Part shown: piece by piece, positions 13,001-23,761 of the stretch
Layout of the letters: each line of letters begins with the position of its first letter
Numbering within the stretch: the stretch's first letter is position 1
Assembly (NCBI GenBank): GCA_030704615.1
Contig: CM060734.1
Coordinates: 2,356,001-2,420,000, forward strand
Direction of reading: 5' to 3'
DNA length: 64,000 bases
From: Takakia lepidozioides
Lineage: Eukaryota; Plantae; Bryophyta
Translations under genes and position numbers: made by a program
The notes under the pieces: model-generated
Seen by the model: only the letters and a program-made list of their open reading frames with translations
The model's database searches: none
What the model was told of the DNA's origin: nothing

Positions 13001-13094
13001 TTTTTTGAAAGCATGATGTCATGTTTCATAGAATTCATATATCAATTGGATGTGCAATTTCAATAGTGAGGTTTTTGGATTTTTTTTATAGGTG

Positions 13095-14056
13095 ATGGTA
13101 CGCTCACGGGCTCGGCCAATCACGGAGGATGATTATCAAAATGTAGTTCCACCCGACGAGAACACCTCCAACAATGATGTCCGCATGCTTGATATACTTC
13201 CACCTCTTTCAAGACGCCGTCGACGTAGGGATGAGCAGTTGGCGGATGTACGTGGAGAGCCTCACGTGATTCATGCACAAGCCCTCAAGCATCCCGTTCC
13301 TCGTCCCAACTTGCCACCTCGAGGTCCTAGGCCTCTTAGTCCAGAGCCACGAGGCCCTGATCGAGCCACTTTGGACAACCCCCCTCGGTTGGAGTGTTGG
13401 TGCGAGCGGTGTTGGGCACGAGTGGCACCTGGAGGTGTTCCCGTGATGCGGCAGGATCATATTGTGGATGAACACTATCAGAAATGGGGGATTGCCGATG
13501 TGGCAAGGGTGAGCCTTCTATAACCCATTGTTGTAACATTTTTTGTGCTAATATATAAGGACGTACGTTTGTTGTAAGTACTCGGATGTTTAAAAATGAC
13601 TTGTAATTGATACTGTAATGGAAGTTACTGTGGTTAAATATATGAATAAACAACAAACTAATTGTATGAATTATATATTATGTGCAGCCACGAGTCATTG
13701 CCCTCCAAGCGCGCAAAAACAGTACATCACAGGTACGTGATGAGTTGGAGATGGACCATCCATTGTCGGATGTCACTTTGTTTTTCCCTCAGGTTGACAT
13801 AGATTGGGTCCGTGAGACGAGGGGCTTACCCTACGCCCTTCGATTGTTTGGTTGCCGACCGCGCAGCCGGCCACCGCTTGCACCGGCGCCTCGTCATGAT
13901 GTCGATATTCCACGTCCATCACCAATACGCTCTAGTTGTACTAGTCCAGCTCCACCTCCTCCACCTTCTGATCCTCATCCATCTGTATCTCCTCCTCGTC
14001 CAATTTCCACTAGTACACCGGCCCATGTAGAGTCACCTGCACCACCTCCACTTTGC
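13095..14056 (+). pseudogene. First exon (CxCxxC...H motif resembling the CACTA transposase-associated domain) and start of the Pro-rich/SET exon, now inverted
   Basis: ATG 13095; exon to 13508 (ECWCERCW...DHIVDEHYQKWG); GT-AG intron 13509-13687; exon 2 is homologous to 25443-25700. Confidence 0.7.
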
Positions 14057-14530
14057 GCAGCAAGGGGGGGCTTGGCCGCACTGGTGCACGCAGGCACCCC
14101 AGCTCACATGGGTTTTTTTTTTAGTTTTGATCGGTGATGCATGCACCCTCTCTCTCTCCCTCACCATCTCTGTCAAGCAATTCGCAGCAACGCGGGGCTG
14201 GCCGCGCTGGTGCGCGCAGGCACCCCAACCCACATGGGCTTTTTTTTTTAGTTATTTTCGGTGATGCAGGCACCCTCTCTCTCTCCCTCACCATCTCTGT
14301 CAAGCAATTCGCAGCAACGGGGGGCTGGCCGCGCTGGTGCGCGCAGGCACCCCGGCCCACATGGGTTTTTTTTTTAGTTATTTTTGGTGATGCAGGCACC
14401 CTCTCTCTCTCCCTCACCATCTCTGTCAAGCAATTCCCAGCAATGGGGGGCTGGCCGCGCTGATGCGCGAAGGCACCCCAGCCCACATGGGTTTTTTTAT
14501 TTTTATTTTGGGTAATGCAGGCACCCTCTC
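14057..14530. repeat. Roughly 120-bp tandem repeat array (about 4 units), inverted relative to 11230-11980
   Basis: Repeated CACCCTCTCTCTCTCCCTCACCATCTCTGTCAAGCAATTCGCAGCAACGGGGGGCTGGCCGCGCTGG. Confidence 0.9.
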
Positions 14531-14990
14531 CATCTGTCTCTCTCACGACCTACCTGATCACATTTGTAGGAACGGGGAGCTGGCCGCGGTGGTGCGCGCA
14601 ACGACTGACCTCCGTGTCTCACCCCCTCGCCCCACGGACGTTGGCTGCTTCTCTCTGGTCGCTGGCAGCTACCGTCCTCTTGCTCGGGTCTGGTACTCCC
14701 TGCCTCTGCCTCTGTGTTTTGTGATTCAGGGCTCGTGAGAGAAGACTCGTCACTAACGGCTACATTATTGTGTTTTCCTACTTTTTGTATTTCTACTTGT
14801 ATGTCCCATGGTCTGTATTTGGTGTAGCTTTTTAATTATTTATTGGTTTATTTGATGTTGATATATTGTAGTGTCTTTTCCAGTGTATAATTCTTTTTTG
14901 CTCTATAAAAATCTATGTAATACTCTACAGTCTTCATTATGCTTTTTAGGATATTTTCTTTGAATTCATATGTTGTAGTTCATTTCAGAC

Positions 14991-17015
14991 ATGGCCAAGG
15001 ATTCGGAGAAGACCCCTGCTGCAAAGAAAAGGAAAAAACCAGAAGCAAACCCGTAAAGAAATCTGGTTTGACCCCCTGGCCTTCCCCTCCTCCTGTGCTT
15101 GCTCCTTCATTTCATGAGCCAGAGAGTACCAGTGGTACCCCCCGAGCACTGTGTTGAAGATGATGCCCCCCTCTTGGGCCAAGGTGTTGTAGTTGAAGTG
15201 GCTCTTGTGCCGGATACTACTGGTACTATTGATGAGTCCACCACTGGGCCTGCAGTATCTAGCGCTACCCTCTCTCCTTCTTAGAAGCATTGTATACGGG
15301 TAATATAAAGATTTTTCAAGATGGTCCTAGGATGGGCCAATTGGACATTGCTCCCAGTGCTTCTCCAACCACCGAGGTTAGGAGGGTTATGACACATCAA
15401 CAAGATTTGCTGATCAATGCACAAGAGAGAGAGAGAGGGGTCCCATACGTGGGGAGGTAGCTAGGCCGCTTGACCCAAATGATGCTCCCGTTGAAAGATT
15501 GGGGAGTTCTTCATGGCATGATGCATCTCATGGTACCCAAGGTGCCTCTCCCGCTCATGTCCATGATACCTCCATTGGTGGCCAGTCCTCGGCCAGGAAG
15601 GGCCTCGCATTTGGCCAGCTCACTGCTGTGACTCTAGCTAGTGGCAGTTGGGGTCAAGCCTCTCCTGAAGAGCAAGCACAACTCATGGCATCTTTGGCGG
15701 CAATGGGCTTCCATTGCCATCAATGGGACAACTTTTGGCACCTGAACTCGAGGTGCCTGAGATGCCCGCGCTCAGGCCCAGGGATACAATCGCCTCGGAG
15801 CATCATGAGGCCAGTATCTCTCTCACCATTTTGTTGTATTGCCTACTGTATTCTTTTTGTTTTTGTGTTTTTATTTGGTTTGTGTACATGACTTGCAGAG
15901 ATTGGCCAAGGGCCTCACAAAACCATTGTAATTGCAGGCTCCATTTGTGGACCCGGTGCCATGCGCCCTTGAGAGACCTCTGGTCATTGCCGAGGGAGCC
16001 GTAGAGAGACGTAGAGAGAGAGAGATGGAGGAGGTTGAGGCTGTTGTGGGGAGAGGGAAAACAAAGATAGTGGAAAAGCCCCTTAGCAAGAAGAAGAAGA
16101 AGCCTTGCATTGAGGATACCCCTCTCATAGTCGGAGAGTTGGGGGAGGGTAGTGGGAAGGGAGATATTGGAGAGGCTTCAATAGAAGGAGAGCCTCGTAG
16201 CGCGGGAAGAGAGGGAAGAAGGGAGGGCTGGAGGTGCCTAAGAAGGTCCCACCTCTAGAGGCCAACAAGTATGGGTATCCAATTGGAGAGTTTTGGGAAG
16301 CGTTGAGGAGGCATGCCTTTCCAAAAGCGGCCCGATGGTTCTCTTTGCATGTAGATTGGGATCAACAACCATGGGAGCACCGTAGGGGATTTGTAGCCAA
16401 ATTGGAGAAGAAGTTTGGGGGTGGTTGGAGTGAGTCCCGCTTGATGGGGTTGATCGGAAAGAACCTCAAGGATAGGCAATATCGTGCAAGGAAGGAGATC
16501 CGGCCACGTTATGCAAAGAGAAAGGGCTAGATACCTGCACCCACAAGTTTGGTCCGGGAGGGCACAAGTCATTCGCGACCCGATTTGTAAGCATTTCATG
16601 GATGCATTCACTTTAATGTGTTGCTTTGTCTACATATGGCTCTCTCTTTGGTATATCTTGCATAAACTAATTAAGGTTGTTTGTGATTGTGTAGCATCGT
16701 AGGTTTGGGAGACACCCAAGCGTGGAGGAGGTAGAATTTGTCAAGAATGAAGGATACCCCACGCTTCTTGAGCGCATCAAGACCCATAGGGCCCTCTCCG
16801 CGAAGAGTACAAAAAAGCGAAGTATTACTAGTAGCACTACTAACCATAGGGTGACCGATGTCGAGGATGAGGGCCAGACTAGTGAGGATGAGGATGATGA
16901 TGAGGGCAAGCGACATGAGGATGAGGGCGAGGGCGAGAGTGATCGGGGTGATGATGATGGCTCGCAGGATGATATGTTGACCCTCGAGGACCTCGAAGTC
17001 CATGAGGGTATCTAG
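14991..17015 (+). pseudogene. CACTA second gene (TnpA/ORF2-like), multi-exon, degenerate
   Basis: ATG follows an acceptor; EFWEALRRHAFPKAARWFSLHVDW...LIGKNLKDRQYRARK; acidic C-terminus; a homolog is present in the CACTA at 59097+. Confidence 0.65.
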
Positions 17016-17499
17016 TACTATAGAAGATGCATATTATATAATGCTTGTACATGATAGGAGCCTTGTTATGTTTTATTGATTATTTCTAGCAGCAGTTGTT
17101 TGTCGTCTAATTTGCGATGTCTCTCGCGAGCTTGGCTTTGTTGTGGACATATAGGTTACACCTACAAAGAGGCTCTAGGAAGGTTCTCGGCCCCAAGAAA
17201 GGTACTACAATTTACAAGGCAACCGGCCAATGTGCGGGGGTAATATAAAGCAAATAAATAAAACAAGATGAAAACATCATTTGAGGGGCGACCCCCTGGG
17301 GGTCGCTTTAGGATTCACCCAGGCATGCCCCTTCCCGTCGCCTGGAAACACCGACCCCCCGTGGGTCGCTTTAGGGTGTGTCCTGCGCGTCGCTCATAAG
17401 CACCGACCCCCTGGGGGTCGGTTTAGGATTAACACAAGCAAATCTGTCCACCGACCCCCTGGTGGTCGCTTTCTCCTCCCCAATAACTGCCCGTGAACC

Positions 17500-18080
17500 G
17501 ACTCCATAGGGGTCGCTACTAGCAAAACCCCGGCCCATCCATACCGTCGCTACGTAACTTCGACCCCCTGGGGGTCGCACAGTGGGGATACCAGGACCCC
17601 CGCCATACCCGTCGCTACGTAACTCCGACCCCCCGGGGTCGCACAGTGGTGATACCACGACCCCCGCCATACCCGTCGCTACGTAACTCCGACCCCCTGG
17701 GGTCGCACAGTCACGATACAACGGCCCCCGCCATACCCGTCGCTATGTAACTCCGACCCCTTGGGGGTCGCACAGTGGCGATACCACGGCCCCCGCCATA
17801 CCCGTCGCTACGTATTACCAACCTCCGAGGGGTCGCATAGTGGCGATACCCGCTACCCCCGCCATACGCGTCGCTAGGTACCTACGACGGCTTTGGGGTC
17901 GCATAGTGGCGATACCTATGCCTACCCGCCAGACCCGTCGCTACGTAAATATGACGTCTGGGGGGTCGCCTCACCTCCCGCCGCCGATAGCTTACTCCGA
18001 CCCCCTTGGGGTCGCAGCATGGCTATACCCCCGGAACCACCATATCCGTCGCTAGGTAAGTCCGACCCCCGTGGGGTCGG
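17500..18080. repeat. Roughly 64-bp subterminal tandem repeats of the CACTA right arm
   Basis: CCATACCCGTCGCTACGTAACTCCGACCCCCTGGGGGTCGCACAGTG repeated about 7-8 times. Confidence 0.9.
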
Positions 18081-18382
18081 TCAGTATTCCGAACCTTTTA
18101 ACTGTTTTCTTTTTATTAAAAAAAATGTAACAGTGCGACCCCTTGGGGTTGCACGGGCAAAGCTCCACAGCGTCGGACAAGGGGTCGGTTAGAGGGGCCT
18201 GGTGTCGAGGCAATTCGGCGACCCCCTGGGGGTCGGTCTTAACTGCCCGATTTACCAACGCCTTTTTAGCGACGCCTCAAGGGTCGGTATTTGGGACTTG
18301 GCCGCAACGGCTTTAGACCCCCTTAACAACCTCAGGGAGGTCGGTCGGGTGTCGATAACCCCCCCCCCCAATTGCTGTAGTG

Positions 18383-19705
18383 TCCCTATGACAACCATCG
18401 CATTCCACGACACCACATCTCGTTCAGCCATATTGTCGAACACTCCCTTTGCATCCTCCATGCATCCACATTTGGCATACATGTCCACCAGGGCAGTGTT
18501 CAGGATCACATCTGGTACAATTCCAGCTCTGATGATGTCGCCATGCACTCTTCGCCCTTTTCCAGGGCTGCCAGGCTTGCACACGCACTGCAAACGCACA
18601 CCAACATGATGTGGTCGGGCTTCACCCCGTCGCACATCATTTGCTCGTAGGTCTCCAAAGCCTCCATCCCATGTCCCTGATGTGCATACCCTGCAAGCAT
18701 CGCACTCCACAACAGCACATCTCGTTCAACCATAGTGTTGAACACTCCCTTTGCATCCTCGATGCACCCACATTTTGCAAACATGTCCACCAGGGTCTTG
18801 TTTAGAATGACATCTGGTACAATTCCAGCTCTGAAGATGTTGCCATGCACCTCTTTCTCCTTTTCCAGAGCTGCCAGGGCAGTGTTCAGATTGACATTTG
18901 GTACCATTCCAGCTTTGATGATATCCCCATGCACCTCTTTGCCTTTCTCCAGGGCTGCCAGGCTTGCACAAGCATTGCAAATGCACACATTAAACATGAT
19001 GTGCTTCCCCCATCATTTGCTCATAGGTCTCCAAAGCCTCCATCCCATGTCCCTGATGTGCATACCCTGCAAGCATCGCACTCAACGACACCACATCTCG
19101 TTCAGCCATAGTGTCAAACACTCCCTTTGCATCCTGGATGCACCCACATTTTGCAAACATGTCCACCAGGGTATTGTTCAGAATGACATCTGGTACAATT
19201 CCAGCTCTAAAGATGTCGCCATGCACCTCTTTCCCCTTCTCCAGAGCTACCAGGGCAGTGTTCAGATTGACATTTGGTACCATTCCAGCTTTGATGATAT
19301 CCCCATGCACCTCTTTGCCCTTCTCCAGGGCTGCCAGGCTTGCACAAGCATTGCAAATGCACGCAAACATGATGTGCTTCCCCCATCATTTGCTCATAGG
19401 TCTCCAAAGCCTTCATCCCACGTCCCTGCTATGCATACCCTGCAAGCATCGCACTCCACGACACCACATCTCGTTCAGCCATAGTGTCGAACACTCCCTT
19501 TGCATCCTAGATGCACCCACATTTTGCAAACATGTCCACCAGGGTATTGTTCAGAATAACATCTGGTACAATTCCAGCTCTGAAGATGTCGCCATGGACC
19601 TCTTTCCCCTTTTCCAGAGCTGCCAGGGCAGTGTTCAGATTGACATTTGGTATAATTCCAGCTTTGATGATATCCCCATGCACCTCTTTGCCCTTCTCCA
19701 GGGCT
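18383..19705 (-). pseudogene. 5' part of the PLS PPR gene interrupted by the CACTA; roughly 373-bp unit tandemly repeated about 3 times
   Basis: P-L-S motifs ([36 protein letters not shown]); TCATTTGCTC[A/G]TAGGTCTCCAAAGCC at about 18637, 19013 and 19385. Confidence 0.9.
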
Positions 19706-19960
19706 TCCTTCTAGTGTCATCAGAGGCGGTCAAACTCCCCCCTTTACTCTTTACCAACTCCAGTCAAGGCACTTGACGGCTGACTTTCCACCTATGCTGG
19801 GTAGATCCACAATCGGCTCTTCGTAGTTTGATATGCAAAGAAGGAACTACCCTCAAGAGTACATCATATCCAATATTCTCTGGAAATGGTGGATGAACCA
19901 AGCAGCTATGCATATCCATGAATGAAGCAAGACATCGCACCTATACAGAAAAAGATCAGG

Positions 19961-20014
19961 TCACCAGTAATCCCCACAAGAACAAACCCCATCTTTGAAG
20001 TGGTGAAAGTGGCA
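19961..20014 (-). pseudogene. Terminal DYW motif, separated from its domain body
   Basis: CHFHHFKDGVCSCGDYW*. Confidence 0.9.
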
Positions 20015-20454
20015 GAGTGTGAATAATGGTGTAATTGGTATAGGGAGAGAGAGTAATGTGGGGAGGAGACGTTTTGATATAATTGTTTGTGGGATTTGAT
20101 GTGGTAGAATATTTATAACTGCAGTAGGTGAGATATGATGTGTAAAGGATGGGTAGATCACTGTGCAAATGTGAGTGAATTGAGTAGCAAAAGTGGGAGG
20201 GAAGACCCTCCCAGTATACCCGAATCACTTGTGGGAGAGAACTGAATCTTGGAGGATGAAATATAAATGAGATAGTACATGCACATTAGGGGGGCTGCTA
20301 TTTCATGAGCGGCATGAGCATGAGCATGAGCGCAAAAAAAAAAAACATGAGCGGACCATTGTGTGTCCATGGAAATAGGTGTCAGTCTGGACACCTGACC
20401 CCAAAAAGTTGTAGCCAACTCTGAAACTGTAGTATTTTCTATAGAAGTAACACA

Positions 20455-20560
20455 CATGTGTCAACCCCTGACAAAGATAGGTTCTGTCCTTTTGTGTTAA
20501 TCCACTCAGACTGGGCGCGGGGGTCAATGGCCACAAGGCTACGACAAACAACATCTTATG
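20455..20560 (+). mobile_element. 3' end fragment of the LINE family seen at 44781-45315
   Basis: GACTGGGCGCGGGGGTCAATGGCCACAAGGCTACGACAAACAACATCTTATGA matches 45260-45311. Confidence 0.8.
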
Positions 20561-20860
20561 AATTCATTTTGTCCATCACAAAGATAAGTAAGTGCATAAC
20601 ATGCTTCTCAAAGCTAATATGAGCTTGACCCACAAAAACTGATGGCAACAAACTTGATCCAAACATAAGTTTTGTTGAGGTCCAGTGCGGATTTGTGGGA
20701 CTGTCATGCCAACTCATCGCCATTTTGTTTGTCAAGGGTGGTGAATGCAATACTCTTCAGTGGATGCACAACTGCAGCTGCACATCTACAAAGAACAATG
20801 AAACCAAAGAAGATTAAACCAAGGAGCAAGATATGTTTTACTTGTGAACTAAGCCTTGCT

Positions 20861-22370
20861 GAGAGAGAGAAGACTCCGACCAAAGCTGGCGTAACTAAGA
20901 GCCACTTCACCTTGCGGCTACTGCCCCTGTCGGGGGTGGCCCTATAATAAACACAGGTGTCCGGTTGGACACCTAGCTGTAACCAAGGGTATATGTGCCA
21001 TGGTGCCAGATAAAAAAAGGGGGGGTTACCCCGGGGGGGGGGGGGGGGGCGACGGGGTATCTAGGACAGTGTTGTGGGATCGGATTCTAGTTTTCGTTTA
21101 TTGGTGATAATAGCTGTAAGAGAACGAAGGGCTATGAGGTGGATGGCTTGGAAACATTTGTGGATAAGGGAAATAGGGATTTGAAAGTTGTTATGCAGGT
21201 CATTGATGCTGGCATTGTGTATGCCACCTCTAGTACCTGCCGTGATAACGGTTAGAGGGCCGGTGCAACCATCCTCGTCGGCAAATAACGAAGATGAGTG
21301 GAGCATATTTTTGTCGTTTTTCCAGGATAGAGTCATGTGGGTAGCAGTCATGACAGAATGTGAATTCGATGAAGTGAATAGTGAGTGATGGGGATGATGT
21401 GATAGGATGTGGGGCATTCATGGGTAGACCCTGCACTATTAGAATGTCTGGGCAGAGTCTAGCTGGACAGGTCATGGTCGGGAAAGATATGAGCATGGGA
21501 GTAGCCACGGTGGGACAGTGTGATTGGGTGGGTGGCCTTGGTATGTGCCTGTGTTAAGGAGTGTGAACCATCTGGTTTCGGCACGGCTGCGCAGTACTTT
21601 GTGGATATGTCAGACGACTTGGTTATGGCGAGTGATATGGAGGCTGTATATAATGGGATGCATGCATTGGCTGAGTAAGTGTGGCCAGGTGTCACGTTCC
21701 CGATGAGTGTGTGAGCAGAGTGGACAAAATGGGGATGGGAAGAGGCGTGGCCAAAAAATGTGTTTGCGTTGGTGGCCTGCATATTGGGCATATCTGAATT
21801 GAAGGGTTTGGCGGATTTGTGCATCTGTGGTGGTTTTGGTATTCAAAAAATGGTTTGATAGTTTATGGTGTAGCACCGTGGATTGTGTCCACTTCTGAAT
21901 GTGGACCTTAGTATGGCTAATTGATGCAGCAACTTGCTTGTTGGCTTCCTGGGAGAGGGTGGCTAGGAGGTTGCGGACATGTTTAGGTGCGGGTGGGTCT
22001 GGGACGGGGTGTATGAACAAAAATGGGTGAGTATGGGCGATGTGAATAGGGTCATCAGAGGCGATTACACGGGGCTTGGAGGCGCCTGCCTGGGCAAGTA
22101 AGTCGGCAGCATCGTTGCCATGTATCCCAGTGTGCGAGCGGACTTTATGGAAGTGGATGGGGTGTGGTTTGGAGAGAGCTAGTTGAACAATGGCCGTGAT
22201 AAGGTTACAGTCAGGGTGGTGGTGGTGGGATGACGGGCGGGCGATGTGGTTCCTGATAAGGAAGAGTGAAGTAAGACTGTCAGTGAAAATATAGTAGGGG
22301 GGAGGGAAAGCGTCCATCCTTGAAATGGCCTCAGAGATTGCCATAAGTTCAGTACGTAATAATTGTGGCG
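20861..22370 (-). mobile_element. 5'-truncated non-LTR retrotransposon: RNase H, CCHC finger and restriction-like endonuclease (Dualen/RandI-like), with (TC)n tail
   Basis: ELMAI..YYIFTDSLTS..FHKVRSHTGIHGNDAADLLA (RNase H); CPLC...DTWPHLLSQC; RHNQVV; PDIL...FIEFTFCHD (PD-(D/E)xK-like). Confidence 0.8.
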
Positions 22371-22751
22371 GGGCCTTGATATCAGCTAAGTGTCAATGCC
22401 ACGAGGCAGGACAGCTGAAGCCACGAGGGTATATGGCGGGTAGTGGTTTACTTCACATTACCCAGCCAGGAGGCAGAAAAGGCTAAGTGTAGTAGCAGCG
22501 GAACACACTACCACGAGGAACAACAGTGGGTAGGGTAGCAGCCGTGGGCCGTGAACCACGATATCACACGGCCACAGTAGCATAGGCTTTACTAATAGAA
22601 GAAGTAGTGAGGGGCCATGGACCGTGTACCACTATGGCACACGACCACGAGTCACGACCACGACCACGGGCCACTTTTTTGGCAAACCCCTTAGGTTGCG
22701 TAGGCAGTTAGGCAACGGTCATTAACGACTGCAGGCTGTAACGGCTCTTTT

Positions 22752-23060
22752 GAGTGTCCCGTACAACAATTGCATGGCGAACAATCTTCAAGATGAACCT
22801 TATGGCAGTGTGGCAGTCACCACACACCCAAAGATTCTTGATGATGCAGAGAGGTGCCCCAGGCGCTTTGCTGATCAACCCAAAAGCAATGGCCAGCTTC
22901 TCACTGCGGTAGCAAAGAGACATTTTCTTTTGCTCCTCCTCCACATCATGCAATACAAAGCGAGTGTCAGGTACATACCCTGCCTCCTTCATTTTCCGAG
23001 ACAATCTTCTCAGCTCAACATGGATCTCCTCAATTTTCAGATGCAATTTGTCATCTACAC
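22752..23060 (-). pseudogene. E+/DYW deaminase domain body
   Basis: MKEAGYVPDT...CYRSEKLAIAFGLI...KNLWVCGDCH...IVVRDT; the zinc ligand His of HSE is mutated to Arg. Confidence 0.92.
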
Positions 23061-23399
23061 AAGGACTGCATGCAACTTAGAAGATATCAGTGATTAGTGT
23101 GTATCCAGTGGAATCAGAGTGATTTGATGTGTACTTATGCTATGATGTGATGACTCTGAAGTAAAGCCATGATATTCCAAGCATCTATGTGTAGAGTGAT
23201 TATGAGATGGAGAGAATGTGCATTGTGAGAGAACGTGAGATAGTGAGAATGTGCATCATCTCAGAATAGCTATTGTTTGTCTGAATACTGTTTGATTGTA
23301 TGAACAAAGAGGCTTCAGCCTTTTCGACTAAGATCTTTTAGGCGAATGAGAGTGCAAGTTGAGCTTGATTGGTAGGATCAAGCGACCTGCAGAGATGTG

Positions 23400-23718
23400 G
23401 ATTCTGTGTTCTCTCTGCATGTAGCCATGTTGGCCTAGTGGATGAAGGAAAACACTAATTTGATTCACTGAGTCAAGATCATGGTGTCACTCCAACAGTA
23501 CAACACTTCGTCTGTAGGGTAGACCTTCTTGGTCGTGCGGGGCGATTGGATGAGGCATAGGACTTCATTGACAAAATGCCAATTAAACTAGATGTTGTTG
23601 TGTGGAGGACCTTGCTTGGTGCATGCAGGATTCATGGCAATGTGGAGATGGCTGAACGTGCGGCAACATCTATTCTCAAGTGGGATGAACAGGACGCTGC
23701 GACTTATGTGTTGCTATC

Positions 23719-23761
<43 letters not shown>

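Larger units (their letters stand above)
1580..18382. mobile_element. Full-length CACTA (En/Spm) DNA transposon, about 16.8 kb
   Basis: Left TIR CACTACTGCAAAAAGGGGGGG at 1580; right TIR ...CCCCCAATTGCTGTAGTG ending at 18382; 3-bp TSD TCC (1577-1579 and 18383-18385); GCGACCCC/GGGGTCGC subterminal repeats; internal Tnp2-type transposase. Confidence 0.95.

Noticed and set aside
17500-18080. Regular repeat array resembling CRISPR
   Set aside because: No unique spacers or cas genes, and the context is eukaryotic; these are CACTA subterminal tandem repeats
20871-20945. HDV or hammerhead ribozyme in the LINE 3' UTR
   Set aside because: Lacks the CUGANGA/GAAA core and the nested double-pseudoknot order; kept only as a structured RNA
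20853-22380. GCCTTG(C/A)T as TSD of the first RLE-LINE copy
   Set aside because: Short, with a mismatch; could be chance
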